From an uncultured bacterium (GTDB lineage: Bacteria > JAJVIF01 > JAPKYR01), in NCBI GenBank assembly GCA_965369865.1, contig CBDURU010000081.1, positions 1 through 17,271 on the forward strand: a stretch of DNA of 17,271 bases, written 5' to 3'. This document shows, in pieces, positions 1-8,606 of this stretch. The notes under the pieces are model-generated. The model ran no database searches. It had not been told where the DNA came from and saw only the letters and a list, made by a program, of their open reading frames with translations. Numbering within the stretch: position 1 is the stretch's first letter; each line of letters begins with the position of its first letter. The position numbers and the translations under genes are program-made.

Positions 1-110
1 GGCAAAGGGAAGACCGGGGACACCTGCTTTTCGACGGGCGAAAAGAGATGTCCCCGTGATTTATACAATTTTAATTAGAATTGGTTTAGGCCCTTGGTCC
101 AGATTACGTT

Positions 111-137
111 AAAAAAAACCGCCCGTACAGGCGGTTT
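111..137 (-). terminator. Rho-independent terminator of the superoperon
   Basis: Minus-strand RNA AAACCGCCU-GUAC-GGGCGGUUU followed by further U's (A8 at 111-118 on +); begins 28 nt after the rpsI stop. Confidence 0.9.
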
Positions 138-165
138 GTATAATTTCAAAGTAAACCAAATGTAA

Positions 166-561
166 TCAACGTTTCGAGAACTGGAACTTTTTACGGGCTT
201 TCTTCTGGCCGTACTTCTTCCGCTCCTTGATCTTCGAGTTTCTTGTCAGGCAGCCGGATTCCTTCAACTTGTTACGGAATTCAGGTTCGATTTCAACAAG
301 CGCGCGAGCGATACCGAGTTTCAGAGCATCGGCATGCCCGGCAATTCCGCCGCCGTGGATTTTCGCGATCACATCGAAATCCGCGGCTTTATCGAGTGCT
401 GTAAACGGCAGCATGACATCATCGAGCTGCTTTTTACGCGGGAAATAGTTTTTGGCTTCCAAACCATTGACCATGACTTTCCCTTTTCCGCGGGCGAGCC
501 GTACGCGGGCGATCGCGCACTTTCTTTTTCCGGTTCCCCATATGTATTTCACTTCAGCCAT
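166..561 (-). CDS. rpsI: 30S ribosomal protein S9
   Basis: GTGKRKCAIARV, GGGIAG, C-terminal KERKKYG..KAR...QFSKR; overlaps rplM by 8 nt. Confidence 0.98.
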   Translation of the reverse strand: MAEVKYIWGTGKRKCAIARVRLARGKGKVMVNGLEAKNYFPRKKQLDDVMLPFTALDKAADFDVIAKIHGGGIAGHADALKLGIARALVEIEPEFRNKLKESGCLTRNSKIKERKKYGQKKARKKFQFSKR

Positions 562-1033
562 TATTGTCTGTCACCTTTTTTACCTTTTCCAGAATGTATT
601 CGGGAAACGCCTCGGGTTTCTGCGCCGCGAATTCATGCGACGGTCCCGCTCCTGAATAGATCTTAAGCTTCTTGAGTAACGCACGCCCGAGGCGGTTTTT
701 CGGGAGCATATTCTTGACGGCGAGTTCGATAACACGCCTCGGGTCACGCTTCATCATTTCCCCGAAATTCCGGCTCTTAATCGATCCGGGATACCCGGAA
801 TGACGCCAGTAAAGCTTGTCCGTCAGCTTCTTACCGGTAACCCTGACTTTGTCGGCGTTGATAACTATCACGAAATCGCCGTTGTCGACATGCGGAGCGA
901 AATCGGCCTTGTGCTTGCCAAGGAGTACTGTCGCGACAGCACTCGCCGCCCGGCCCAGGATAAGGCCGTCAATGTCGAGGATATACCATTTTCGCTCGAC
1001 CGTTGCCTTATTTGGTATGTAAGTCTTAACCAT
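554..1033 (-). CDS. rplM: 50S ribosomal protein L13
   Basis: RKWYILD, LGRAAS, GKHK..FAPHVDNGDFVIVINA, HSGYPG, MLPKNRLGR. Confidence 0.98.
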   Translation of the reverse strand: MVKTYIPNKATVERKWYILDIDGLILGRAASAVATVLLGKHKADFAPHVDNGDFVIVINADKVRVTGKKLTDKLYWRHSGYPGSIKSRNFGEMMKRDPRRVIELAVKNMLPKNRLGRALLKKLKIYSGAGPSHEFAAQKPEAFPEYILEKVKKVTDNNG

Positions 1034-1096
1034 TTTTTTCTATCCCACCGGAAAAGCATGTCGCTCTTCCGTTTGGTTTCATTTTTTTCTTAATAA

Positions 1097-1924
1097 TCAC
1101 GAACCGGCCGGTTTGCCTATTGCATCTTCAAGGTCATTATCAGAATAAAGCACTTTTTCAAGGAATAACCCGCCTGGCTTAGCGTTATATTTAACGCGTC
1201 CTTTTTCAGGATTCATCAGGGCTTCGCTTACGGATTTATAGCTCTCTTTGCCCTGGACGACTGCCAGTAGGAGTCCTGTCATGCGACGGATCATCTGGTA
1301 CAGGAATCCTGAGCCGATAAACCTGATTTCAACGAGCTGCCCGTCCTCCCGGACATCCACCCGGTAAATTTCCTTCACCGGGTTTTCGCCTTCCTCAAGC
1401 CTCGGGGAAAAGCTCCTGAAATCACGCTTCCCCTCGAATTCCTTAGCGTATTTCACGAGGAGGTCGAGATCGAACGGCTTATGATCTTCTACAAACAGGA
1501 CATAGTGCCTGGATGTCGGGGGCAGTTCCCTGGCTCTCAGAATCCGGTAGAGGTATACCTTGCCGACAGCCGAGAACCTGGGATGAAAATCAAAATCAGT
1601 CTCCCGGCAATCCGTTATACGAATATCACCTGGAAGAATCGAGTTCAAACCCTGGTAAAGTTCCTCGAGGGTTCTCGGCGCGCTTGTACGGAACGAGATC
1701 ACCTGTCCTGTCGCGTGAACACCGGAATCGGTCCTCGATGCCGATTTCACCCGTACCGGATGTGCGAGAATTTTCGAGAGAGCCTTGTTCAATTCGGATT
1801 CAATTGTCCGATCAACTTTTTGAAGCTGGCTCCCTGAAAACCCGGCCCCATCATAGGCAACTGTCGCCTTGAAATTCCGGAGCAAAGGTCGGTTCGTAAT
1901 TTCAATGTTCGTATTCCCGCCCAT
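1097..1924 (-). CDS. truA: tRNA pseudouridine(38-40) synthase TruA
   Basis: AYDGAGFSG, catalytic RTDSGVHA.GQV, FHPRFSA, GFLYQMIR, GLFL; typical rplQ-truA-rplM position. Confidence 0.95.
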   Translation of the reverse strand: MGGNTNIEITNRPLLRNFKATVAYDGAGFSGSQLQKVDRTIESELNKALSKILAHPVRVKSASRTDSGVHATGQVISFRTSAPRTLEELYQGLNSILPGDIRITDCRETDFDFHPRFSAVGKVYLYRILRARELPPTSRHYVLFVEDHKPFDLDLLVKYAKEFEGKRDFRSFSPRLEEGENPVKEIYRVDVREDGQLVEIRFIGSGFLYQMIRRMTGLLLAVVQGKESYKSVSEALMNPEKGRVKYNAKPGGLFLEKVLYSDNDLEDAIGKPAGS

Positions 1925-1984
1925 TTTTCTATCCCCTTCATCCTCTTACCGGTTGGTCCCTGTTATGAGGAGGGGTTAAGGGCA

Positions 1985-2344
1985 TTATTCACTCAGATTA
2001 AAAGTAACAACTGCAAGTTCCGCTCCGTCACCGCGACGTTTACCGGCTTTGATGACACTCACCTCGCCGCCACCGCTGGAAAGTAGTTTCGGGACAATCT
2101 CAGAGGTGAGTTTTTTGATCAGGTCACGGTTATCTATCTGTTTCCGAACCTGTCGCAGGCTCGATACATCGCCCTTACGCGCAAGGTTCACGAGTTTCTG
2201 TACGAAACGCGCAAGCGATTTTGCTTTTGCTTTCGAAGTTAATATTTCACCGTGCTTGATCAGGTCTTTGGCCTGGTTTTTAAGAAGCGCCATGCGCTGA
2301 TCTGTAGGCCGGCTTAATTTTTTATGTCCGTGTAGATGTCTCAT
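1985..2344 (-). CDS. rplQ: 50S ribosomal protein L17
   Basis: MRH...KLSR...QRMALL, KAK, RRGDGAELA; follows rpoA; start set at the ATG giving the canonical MRH N-terminus. Confidence 0.95.
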   Translation of the reverse strand: MRHLHGHKKLSRPTDQRMALLKNQAKDLIKHGEILTSKAKAKSLARFVQKLVNLARKGDVSSLRQVRKQIDNRDLIKKLTSEIVPKLLSSGGGEVSVIKAGKRRGDGAELAVVTFNLSE

Positions 2345-2385
2345 TATTCGCACACCCTGTATTCAAGGGCAAATCTCTTTCTATT

Positions 2386-3483
2386 TTACTCTGGCTGCTC
2401 CGATAGCTTTCTCCTGGACCGCCTTCTACGGGTTGAGCCGGTCGGAAGTTCCAGTCCGAGCAATTCGAGCTTCTCCCTGATTTCCCTCAGTGATTTCTCA
2501 CCGAAATTCCTGATTTTCAAAAGATCCGACTCGGGAGTTTCAAGGAGTTCTCCGATAGTCTGGACACCCATTTTCCTGAGGCAGTTCGCGGGGCGGATCG
2601 GGAGATCGAGTGTTTCAACCGACTGGGCAAGAACTCCTTCGGCCTGCGATGGGGTTTCCAACGCGAACTCGTAAGAGTCGGCGTCAGCCGGGAATGTCGC
2701 GAACAGCTTGTAATAGCTTGTCAGGATATTCGCTGCCTCGCTGATTGCCTCTTTTGGCGTAATCGAACCGTTGGTTTTGACTTCGACAGTCAGCTTATCG
2801 AGTTCGGTATCCTGCCCTACCCGTGTATTCCCGACAACGAAATTAGCCCTGATAACCGGTGAGAACCTGGAGTCCATAACGATGACCCCAAGAGGAGGAC
2901 GCGAAACATCGCCCCATTTTGGATTCAGGCTCGAAACTGCATGTTTCTCGCCCAGGACGTATCCTACCCCTCTCGCGACCCCGATCTCGACCCTTAAATC
3001 GGCCTTGGAATCGGTAAGATGGGCGATATGAGTTTCCGGATTGAGGATTTCGACGTCAGGATTCGGCTTGATATCCTCCGCGGTGATTTCTCCCACACCC
3101 TTTGCGTCGAGATTGAGAATCGCGTAGTTATCGGTACCTTTCAAGTGGACCTGGACGGCCTTGAAATTCAAAAGAAGCTCGATGCCGTCCTCCCTGATTC
3201 CGGTAACCGACGAATACTCATGCAGTGTCTTTTCGAACTTGATATAACTCACCGCGCTTCCCGTAACAGAGGAAATCAGCACTCGACGAAGGGTATTTCC
3301 CAGTGTTGTGCCGTACCCCTGGGCAAGGGGTGAGATAATAAACGTGGACAAATTTTCCTCGGTTTCATCAGGCACTTCGACGATAGTAGGCCTGACCAGG
3401 TTCAGTCGATCGATTAATTCGACATCCCGGTCGAATCCGATAACATCGCCGGTCTCTGTGTCCTGTACAGTTAAATTAGCCAT
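2386..3483 (-). CDS. rpoA: DNA-directed RNA polymerase subunit alpha
   Basis: GYGTTLGNTLRRVL, HEYSSVTGIRED, FSPV, TRVGQ, TNGSITP, alpha-CTD NCL...RNFGEKSL. Confidence 0.98.
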   Translation of the reverse strand: MANLTVQDTETGDVIGFDRDVELIDRLNLVRPTIVEVPDETEENLSTFIISPLAQGYGTTLGNTLRRVLISSVTGSAVSYIKFEKTLHEYSSVTGIREDGIELLLNFKAVQVHLKGTDNYAILNLDAKGVGEITAEDIKPNPDVEILNPETHIAHLTDSKADLRVEIGVARGVGYVLGEKHAVSSLNPKWGDVSRPPLGVIVMDSRFSPVIRANFVVGNTRVGQDTELDKLTVEVKTNGSITPKEAISEAANILTSYYKLFATFPADADSYEFALETPSQAEGVLAQSVETLDLPIRPANCLRKMGVQTIGELLETPESDLLKIRNFGEKSLREIREKLELLGLELPTGSTRRRRSRRKLSEQPE

Positions 3484-3506
3484 AAAGGTTCATCACTCCT
3501 GTTCCA

Positions 3507-4142
3507 TTATCGGGAGTAAAACTCGACTATCAGGTTAACCTGGATTTGGTGATCGAACTGACCTTTCTGGGGGACATGCTTATATTTGCCCGTGAGCTTG
3601 GAATAATCCATTTCAATCCAGGGGTATGTGCAATCATCAGGTTTCAGGTTCACAACTTCCTGGAACGGCGCGGCCTTGGTTTTCTGTGATTTAACCTCAA
3701 TAAGATCGCCGTCCTTAAGCTGGAAACTTGGTACATCTGTGGTCCGACCGTTCACGAGAAAATGTCCATGGCAGACAAGCTGCCTGGCCTGCGAACGGCT
3801 GACCGCGAATCCCATTCGATAGATAGAGTTATCCAGGCGTCGTTCGAGCAGTCCAATCAGATGATCGCCCGTTACGCCCTTTCTCTTCGCTGCTTTTTTA
3901 TAATAATTTTTAAACTGCCGCTCACTTATGCCGTAAATACGCTTGGCTTTCTGCTTCTCCCGAAGCTGGGCATTGTAGTCGGAAGATGTACGCCTGCGTC
4001 CGAAACGCTGTCCACCCGGAGGATGCGGGTTACGACCTTCCTCCATCGAGCATTTCGGGCTGAAGCATCTCTGGCCTTTAAGGAAAAGCTTGGTTCCTTC
4101 TCGGCGGCAATAGCGACAAACTGGTCCAGTATAACGAGCCAC
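3507..4142 (-). CDS. rpsD: 30S ribosomal protein S4 (Cys-containing form)
   Basis: ARYTGPVCRYCRREG, QLREKQK, LERRLDN, ARQLVCHGH, VEFYSR; GTG start at 4142 with GAGGAG SD. Confidence 0.97.
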   Translation of the reverse strand: MARYTGPVCRYCRREGTKLFLKGQRCFSPKCSMEEGRNPHPPGGQRFGRRRTSSDYNAQLREKQKAKRIYGISERQFKNYYKKAAKRKGVTGDHLIGLLERRLDNSIYRMGFAVSRSQARQLVCHGHFLVNGRTTDVPSFQLKDGDLIEVKSQKTKAAPFQEVVNLKPDDCTYPWIEMDYSKLTGKYKHVPQKGQFDHQIQVNLIVEFYSR

Positions 4143-4165
4143 TTGATTCGTTCTCCTCAATTTCT

Positions 4166-4561
4166 TTAAACTCGACGCCGTTTCCTTGGGCGGCAGCCGT
4201 TATGCGGAACTGGGGAAATATCCTTTACGATTCCCAGTTCCATTCCACTTGACATTAATGCCCGGATGGCGGCCTCGCGACCGCTGCCGGGACCCTTGGT
4301 GTATACATCGATGCGTCGCATGCCCATATCCTGGGCAGCTCTCGCGCAATCTCTCGACGCCTGTGTGGCGGCAAAAGGTGTGCTTTTTCGGGACCCCTTA
4401 AATCCTTTTGCCCCGCCGGAAGACCACGTCAGCGTGTTTCCTTCCTGATCGGAAATTGTAATTATCGTATTGTTGAAGGTGGACTTGATATGCGCCACGC
4501 CATGAGGAATATTCCTCTTCGTCCGGCGCTTGCCACCTCTTGGTCCTCTATGTTTACCCAT
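4166..4561 (-). CDS. rpsK: 30S ribosomal protein S11
   Basis: [36 protein letters not shown]. Confidence 0.98.
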   Translation of the reverse strand: MGKHRGPRGGKRRTKRNIPHGVAHIKSTFNNTIITISDQEGNTLTWSSGGAKGFKGSRKSTPFAATQASRDCARAAQDMGMRRIDVYTKGPGSGREAAIRALMSSGMELGIVKDISPVPHNGCRPRKRRRV

Positions 4562-4577
4562 AATTCATTCCTGTTTA

Positions 4578-4955
4578 TTACTTGGTTGCTCTGCGCTTTC
4601 CAGCGACAGTCTTCTTAGGACCCTTACGCATTCGAGAATTGGTCCTGGTCCTCTGGCCCCGTACGGGTAATCCCCGCCGGTGCCTGAGACCCTGCCAGCA
4701 ACCGATCTCCATCTTTCTTTTGATATTTTCAACCGTCATGCGCCTGAGATCGCCCTCGACCATACATGACCGGTCAATTTCCTCGCGGATCTTGACTATC
4801 TCGTCCTCGGACAGGTTCTGGGCTTTCGTATCGGGACTGACTCCAACTGTCTTCAGGATTCGCTGCGACATGGTCAGCCCGATCCCGTAGATGTAGGTCA
4901 GGGCGATTTCTACACGCTTTCGGTTAGGTATGTCTATTCCAGCTATTCGTGGCAC
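4578..4955 (-). CDS. rpsM: 30S ribosomal protein S13
   Basis: [33 protein letters not shown] start with AAGGAG SD. Confidence 0.98.
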   Translation of the reverse strand: MPRIAGIDIPNRKRVEIALTYIYGIGLTMSQRILKTVGVSPDTKAQNLSEDEIVKIREEIDRSCMVEGDLRRMTVENIKRKMEIGCWQGLRHRRGLPVRGQRTRTNSRMRKGPKKTVAGKRRATK

Positions 4956-4972
4956 TCAGGTACTCTCCTTCT

Positions 4973-5086
4973 TCATCCCTGCCTCTGCTTGTGACGGGGA
5001 TTTTCACAGATCACCATGACTTTACCGTGACGTTTGATAATCTTGCACTTGATACATATTTTTTTAACGCTTGCACGAACTTTCAT
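4973..5086 (-). CDS. rpmJ: 50S ribosomal protein L36 (zinc-ribbon type, 37 aa)
   Basis: Not in the ORF track; hand translation [43 protein letters not shown], infA-rpmJ-rpsM synteny. Confidence 0.97.
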   Translation of the reverse strand: MKVRASVKKICIKCKIIKRHGKVMVICENPRHKQRQG

Positions 5087-5106
5087 TTTCTATCATTCCT
5101 TTCGGT

Positions 5107-5334
5107 TTATCTTAAACGCCATACTATCCGTCCGCGGGTTAAATCGTACGGACTCAATTCCACCTTCACCTTATCACCAAGCGCGATACGTATGAAACTC
5201 ATCCGGATTTTGCCTGAGATATGCGCCAGTACTTCATGCTCGTCTTTCGCCAACTTCACCCGTACCTTGAACATCCCGTTCGGTAAAGCCTCGATAATCT
5301 CACCTTCGACTTCTATGGCATCTTCTTTCGGCAT
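5107..5334 (-). CDS. infA: Translation initiation factor IF-1
   Basis: [42 protein letters not shown]. Confidence 0.98.
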   Translation of the reverse strand: MPKEDAIEVEGEIIEALPNGMFKVRVKLAKDEHEVLAHISGKIRMSFIRIALGDKVKVELSPYDLTRGRIVWRLR

Positions 5335-5336
5335 CT

Positions 5337-6017
5337 CTATTTCACCAATCGCACCGGACCGGTTACCAGCGCGGCCATTATGCGCTCCGTACCCTCCTCA
5401 ACTGTTCCCGTTCCATCAACCCTTACGATAAGTCCCAACTCAGAGTAATAATCGGCGATTGGAGCTGTCGATTCGCGGTAAACCCTGAACCGGTTCCTGA
5501 CCGCTTCCTCGTTATCGTCCGCGCGCTGGATAAGCTCCCCGCCACACTTATCACAAACGCCTTCCTCTTTCGATTTCAGCGTGAGTATGTTGTATACAGC
5601 CTTGCAGTTTCCGCAAATACGCCTTGACGTCAACCTCTGGAGAAGTAATTCCTCCGGAACTTCGAGGATAACCACTCTACCGACAATTTCGCCGCCGCCC
5701 GGACCCAGTTTGCTCAATGCCCGGGCCTGCTCGAGAGACCTCGGAAATCCGTCCAGAAGCCACCCGTCCCCGACATCGTCCTGCTGCAGCCGATCGGCAA
5801 TCAGCCTGATAATAAGATCGTCGGGAACCAGGTCGCCCTTGTCGACATAAGATTTCGCTTCCACGCCAAGATCGGTTCCGTTGCTGATGTTTTCACGGAT
5901 AATACTTCCGGTGTCAATATGTTTGACGCCCAGAAGCTCCGAAACCCTGGCGGCCTGGGTACCTTTACCGGCACCCGGAGGTCCGAACATAAGCAGTCTT
6001 TTTACGTAATCAGGCAT
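5337..6017 (-). CDS. adk: Adenylate kinase (Cys4 zinc LID)
   Basis: P-loop [25 protein letters not shown]...CDKC, QRADD. Confidence 0.98.
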   Translation of the reverse strand: MPDYVKRLLMFGPPGAGKGTQAARVSELLGVKHIDTGSIIRENISNGTDLGVEAKSYVDKGDLVPDDLIIRLIADRLQQDDVGDGWLLDGFPRSLEQARALSKLGPGGGEIVGRVVILEVPEELLLQRLTSRRICGNCKAVYNILTLKSKEEGVCDKCGGELIQRADDNEEAVRNRFRVYRESTAPIADYYSELGLIVRVDGTGTVEEGTERIMAALVTGPVRLVK

Positions 6018-6067
6018 ATTTTTCTTTTATTCAATCGCCCCTGAAATCGACGGAGCGCAAACCATAT

Positions 6068-6096
6068 ATTGTATCATTACTTCTATTATTTTACAA
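6068..6096 (-). promoter_or_regulatory. Putative sigma70/sigmaA internal promoter upstream of adk
   Basis: Minus strand TTGTAA (6096-6091), 17-nt spacer ending TGA, TACAAT (6073-6068), within the AT-rich 95-nt secY-adk gap. Confidence 0.7.
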
Positions 6097-6112
6097 GCAA
6101 ATCTTTCTACTG

Positions 6113-7453
6113 TTATCCAAGCGCGCTTTCGTACTTGAGCATCGTCAGACGGGCATCGAGTTCCCTGACTGTATCGAGTGCGACTCCGACCATGATCAGA
6201 ATACTGGTTCCTCCAATAAGGTTAAGAGTTGACATATTCCTGAATACGTAGAAATAAAGTACGCTTGGAATCACCGCTACGCTGGCCAGGTAAATGGCGC
6301 CAAGGAAAGTGGTTCTTTCCAGGATATGGCTGATGTACGCTTCTGTCCTGGCCCCTGGACGTACACCCTGGATGTATCCGCCATTTTTCTTTAAATTCTC
6401 CGCAATGTCTTTCGGATTGAAAGTTACAGCGGTATAGAAATACGTGAAGATAATGGTCAGGATCGCATACATTATGAAATAGAACCAGCTGTTCGGGAAC
6501 CACGATCCGAACAGGTATAACTTGTAGCCGAACGAATCAATATCGGATTGCGCGAAGAAGTTTGATAGCGTGCTCGGGAACAAGAGAACCGAGATCGCGA
6601 AAATAATCGGGATAACTCCCGCCATATTTACTTTCAAGGGAAGATAATGAGTGTGGCCCTCATAGAATCGCCGTCCAACCTGCCGCCTGGCATAATGGAT
6701 TGGTATTCGCCTTTCAGCCAGATGCATGAATGTAATACACCAGATCATCCCAACCGATAACATGGAGAAGAGAACGATCGTCTTAACAACGCCGCCGGCT
6801 CCACCGCTGACGCCTGCCGTGGTTATGTCCTGAACGAAAGTAAGAGGGATACTGGACACAATTCCAGCAAAGATTATCAGGCTCACTCCATTACCGATAC
6901 CATGTTCGGTAATTAATTCACCTATCCACATGAGGATGAAGGTGCCGGCGACCATGGTGGCAATGATGAGGATTTTCGCAAAAAACAATGACGTTACGCT
7001 GTCGGCGGTGGCGGCAATTACATTTTGCTGACCGAAAAGCGCCAGAAAACCTATTGCCTGGGCGGATGCAAGGAACACAGTCGCATATCGTACATACTGC
7101 TGGATTAATTTACGGCCGGCTTCGCCTTCTTTCTGGAGCTGCTCGAGCTGGGGAATGATGACGACAAGCAGGTTGAAGATAATGCTCGCATTGATGTATG
7201 GCATCACACCGAGTGCGAATATGCTGAAACGCTTCATCCCACCCCCGGAGAAGATATCGAGCAATGCGAATAGAGATCCGCCACCGGCGTTTGACTCAAA
7301 AAACGCAATCAGTTTTGCAGCATCGGTACCCGGAACCGGAATGTGCGCGCCAAATACAAACAGTACGAACATCCCAAGCACAAAATAAATGCGCTTACGC
7401 AGGTCGGGTACCTGCATCGCGTTAACGAATATTGTGATTAGTTTTTCGTTCAA
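6113..7453 (-). CDS. secY: Preprotein translocase subunit SecY
   Basis: FSIFALGVMPYINASII, GEAGRK, GIGNGVSLIIFAG, LPLKVNMAGVIPIIFA, GGTSILIMVGV; TTG start at 7453 with GAGG SD preferred (ORF open to TTG at 7477). Confidence 0.97.
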   Translation of the reverse strand: MNEKLITIFVNAMQVPDLRKRIYFVLGMFVLFVFGAHIPVPGTDAAKLIAFFESNAGGGSLFALLDIFSGGGMKRFSIFALGVMPYINASIIFNLLVVIIPQLEQLQKEGEAGRKLIQQYVRYATVFLASAQAIGFLALFGQQNVIAATADSVTSLFFAKILIIATMVAGTFILMWIGELITEHGIGNGVSLIIFAGIVSSIPLTFVQDITTAGVSGGAGGVVKTIVLFSMLSVGMIWCITFMHLAERRIPIHYARRQVGRRFYEGHTHYLPLKVNMAGVIPIIFAISVLLFPSTLSNFFAQSDIDSFGYKLYLFGSWFPNSWFYFIMYAILTIIFTYFYTAVTFNPKDIAENLKKNGGYIQGVRPGARTEAYISHILERTTFLGAIYLASVAVIPSVLYFYVFRNMSTLNLIGGTSILIMVGVALDTVRELDARLTMLKYESALG

Positions 7454-7510
7454 GCTTTTTTTCCTCGCTCGGCCCAAGCCTTAGGCCTCTTAATCTTCTC
7501 CATTCAACTT

Positions 7511-7996
7511 CTAACTTTGCTTCCGTTTTTCCTTGTCAGCATGCGGGTTGATAATCTCAACACTTCCACCAGCAGCTTCGACTTTCTCCCGTGCGACTTG
7601 ACTTACAGCATGCACTGCTATCGACAACGGCCTGACCATCTCGCCACGGCCGAGTAGTTTCACAAGTGCTCCCCGCTCGGTAATGAACCCTTTTTCCCTT
7701 AACAGCGCAGGGCTGATCCTGGTTCCTTCCGGAAGCTCAAGCGCTGAAAGCTGGTCCAGGTTTACGGGTACATACTCAATCCGGTTTGGGTTTCTGAACC
7801 CTCCGATTTTCGGGATTCGCCTGTAAAGTGGAAGGGCGCCACCGGCAAACGGGTATGGTTTCGCTCCGCCCGACCGGGACTTCTGACCGTTACGGCCTCT
7901 GCCGCAGTATCGCCCCTGGCCTGCGGCGATCCCGCGGCCCTTTCGGTTTCGCTTTTTCTGTGTAGCCGGATCTTTTGGGAGTTCCGAAAGTTTCAT
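7511..7996 (-). CDS. rplO: 50S ribosomal protein L15
   Basis: GRGIAAGQG..CGRG..GQKSRSG, PLYRRIPK, VKLLGRG, AAGG. Confidence 0.97.
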   Translation of the reverse strand: MKLSELPKDPATQKKRNRKGRGIAAGQGRYCGRGRNGQKSRSGGAKPYPFAGGALPLYRRIPKIGGFRNPNRIEYVPVNLDQLSALELPEGTRISPALLREKGFITERGALVKLLGRGEMVRPLSIAVHAVSQVAREKVEAAGGSVEIINPHADKEKRKQS

Positions 7997-8017
7997 TTTT
8001 TTATCCTCTTAATTCTA

Positions 8018-8596
8018 TTACATCTCACTCGAGGCTTTCCTGCGCGCCCTGACCTCTTTCAGGGGCCTCAGTTCCTTCAATGCCTCGAAAGTCGCACGCG
8101 CGATATTGATTTTAGTTGTAGTGCGGCCAAGCGACTTCGCGAGAACGTTATGCACCCCGGCGACCTCAAGTATCGCGCGCACCGGGCCTCCGGCGATAAC
8201 TCCGGTTCCCTCGCTCGCGGGCTTCAGGAAAACGACCGCCGCGCCATATTTTTTCTTGATCGAGTGCGGAATAGTACCCTTCTCTATAGGAATATTGACC
8301 ATGCTTTTTCTCGCCTGGTCCTGCCCTTTCTTGATCGCGCCAAGAACGTCGCCAGCCTTGCCGTAACCGAGTCCGACCCTGCCCTGGCCGTCGCCCATGG
8401 TCACCAGTGCCGTAAAATGGAACTTGCGGCCACCCTTGACAACCTTCGCGACACGGTTGATATGAATTACCCTGTCGACAGGCTGTGCGGGTTCGGTAAC
8501 CTCTTCGACCTCGATGATCTCGACTATTCCAGGCTCCTCCGCCTGGACATTCCGTACCGTTTCTTCCGCGTTATCTGTTGGTCCTTGATGTGTCAC
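8018..8596 (-). CDS. rpsE: 30S ribosomal protein S5
   Basis: [42 protein letters not shown] start at 8596 behind an AGGAG SD that overlaps the rplR stop. Confidence 0.96.
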   Translation of the reverse strand: MTHQGPTDNAEETVRNVQAEEPGIVEIIEVEEVTEPAQPVDRVIHINRVAKVVKGGRKFHFTALVTMGDGQGRVGLGYGKAGDVLGAIKKGQDQARKSMVNIPIEKGTIPHSIKKKYGAAVVFLKPASEGTGVIAGGPVRAILEVAGVHNVLAKSLGRTTTKINIARATFEALKELRPLKEVRARRKASSEM

Positions 8597-8606
8597 AAAT
8601 TTTCTC

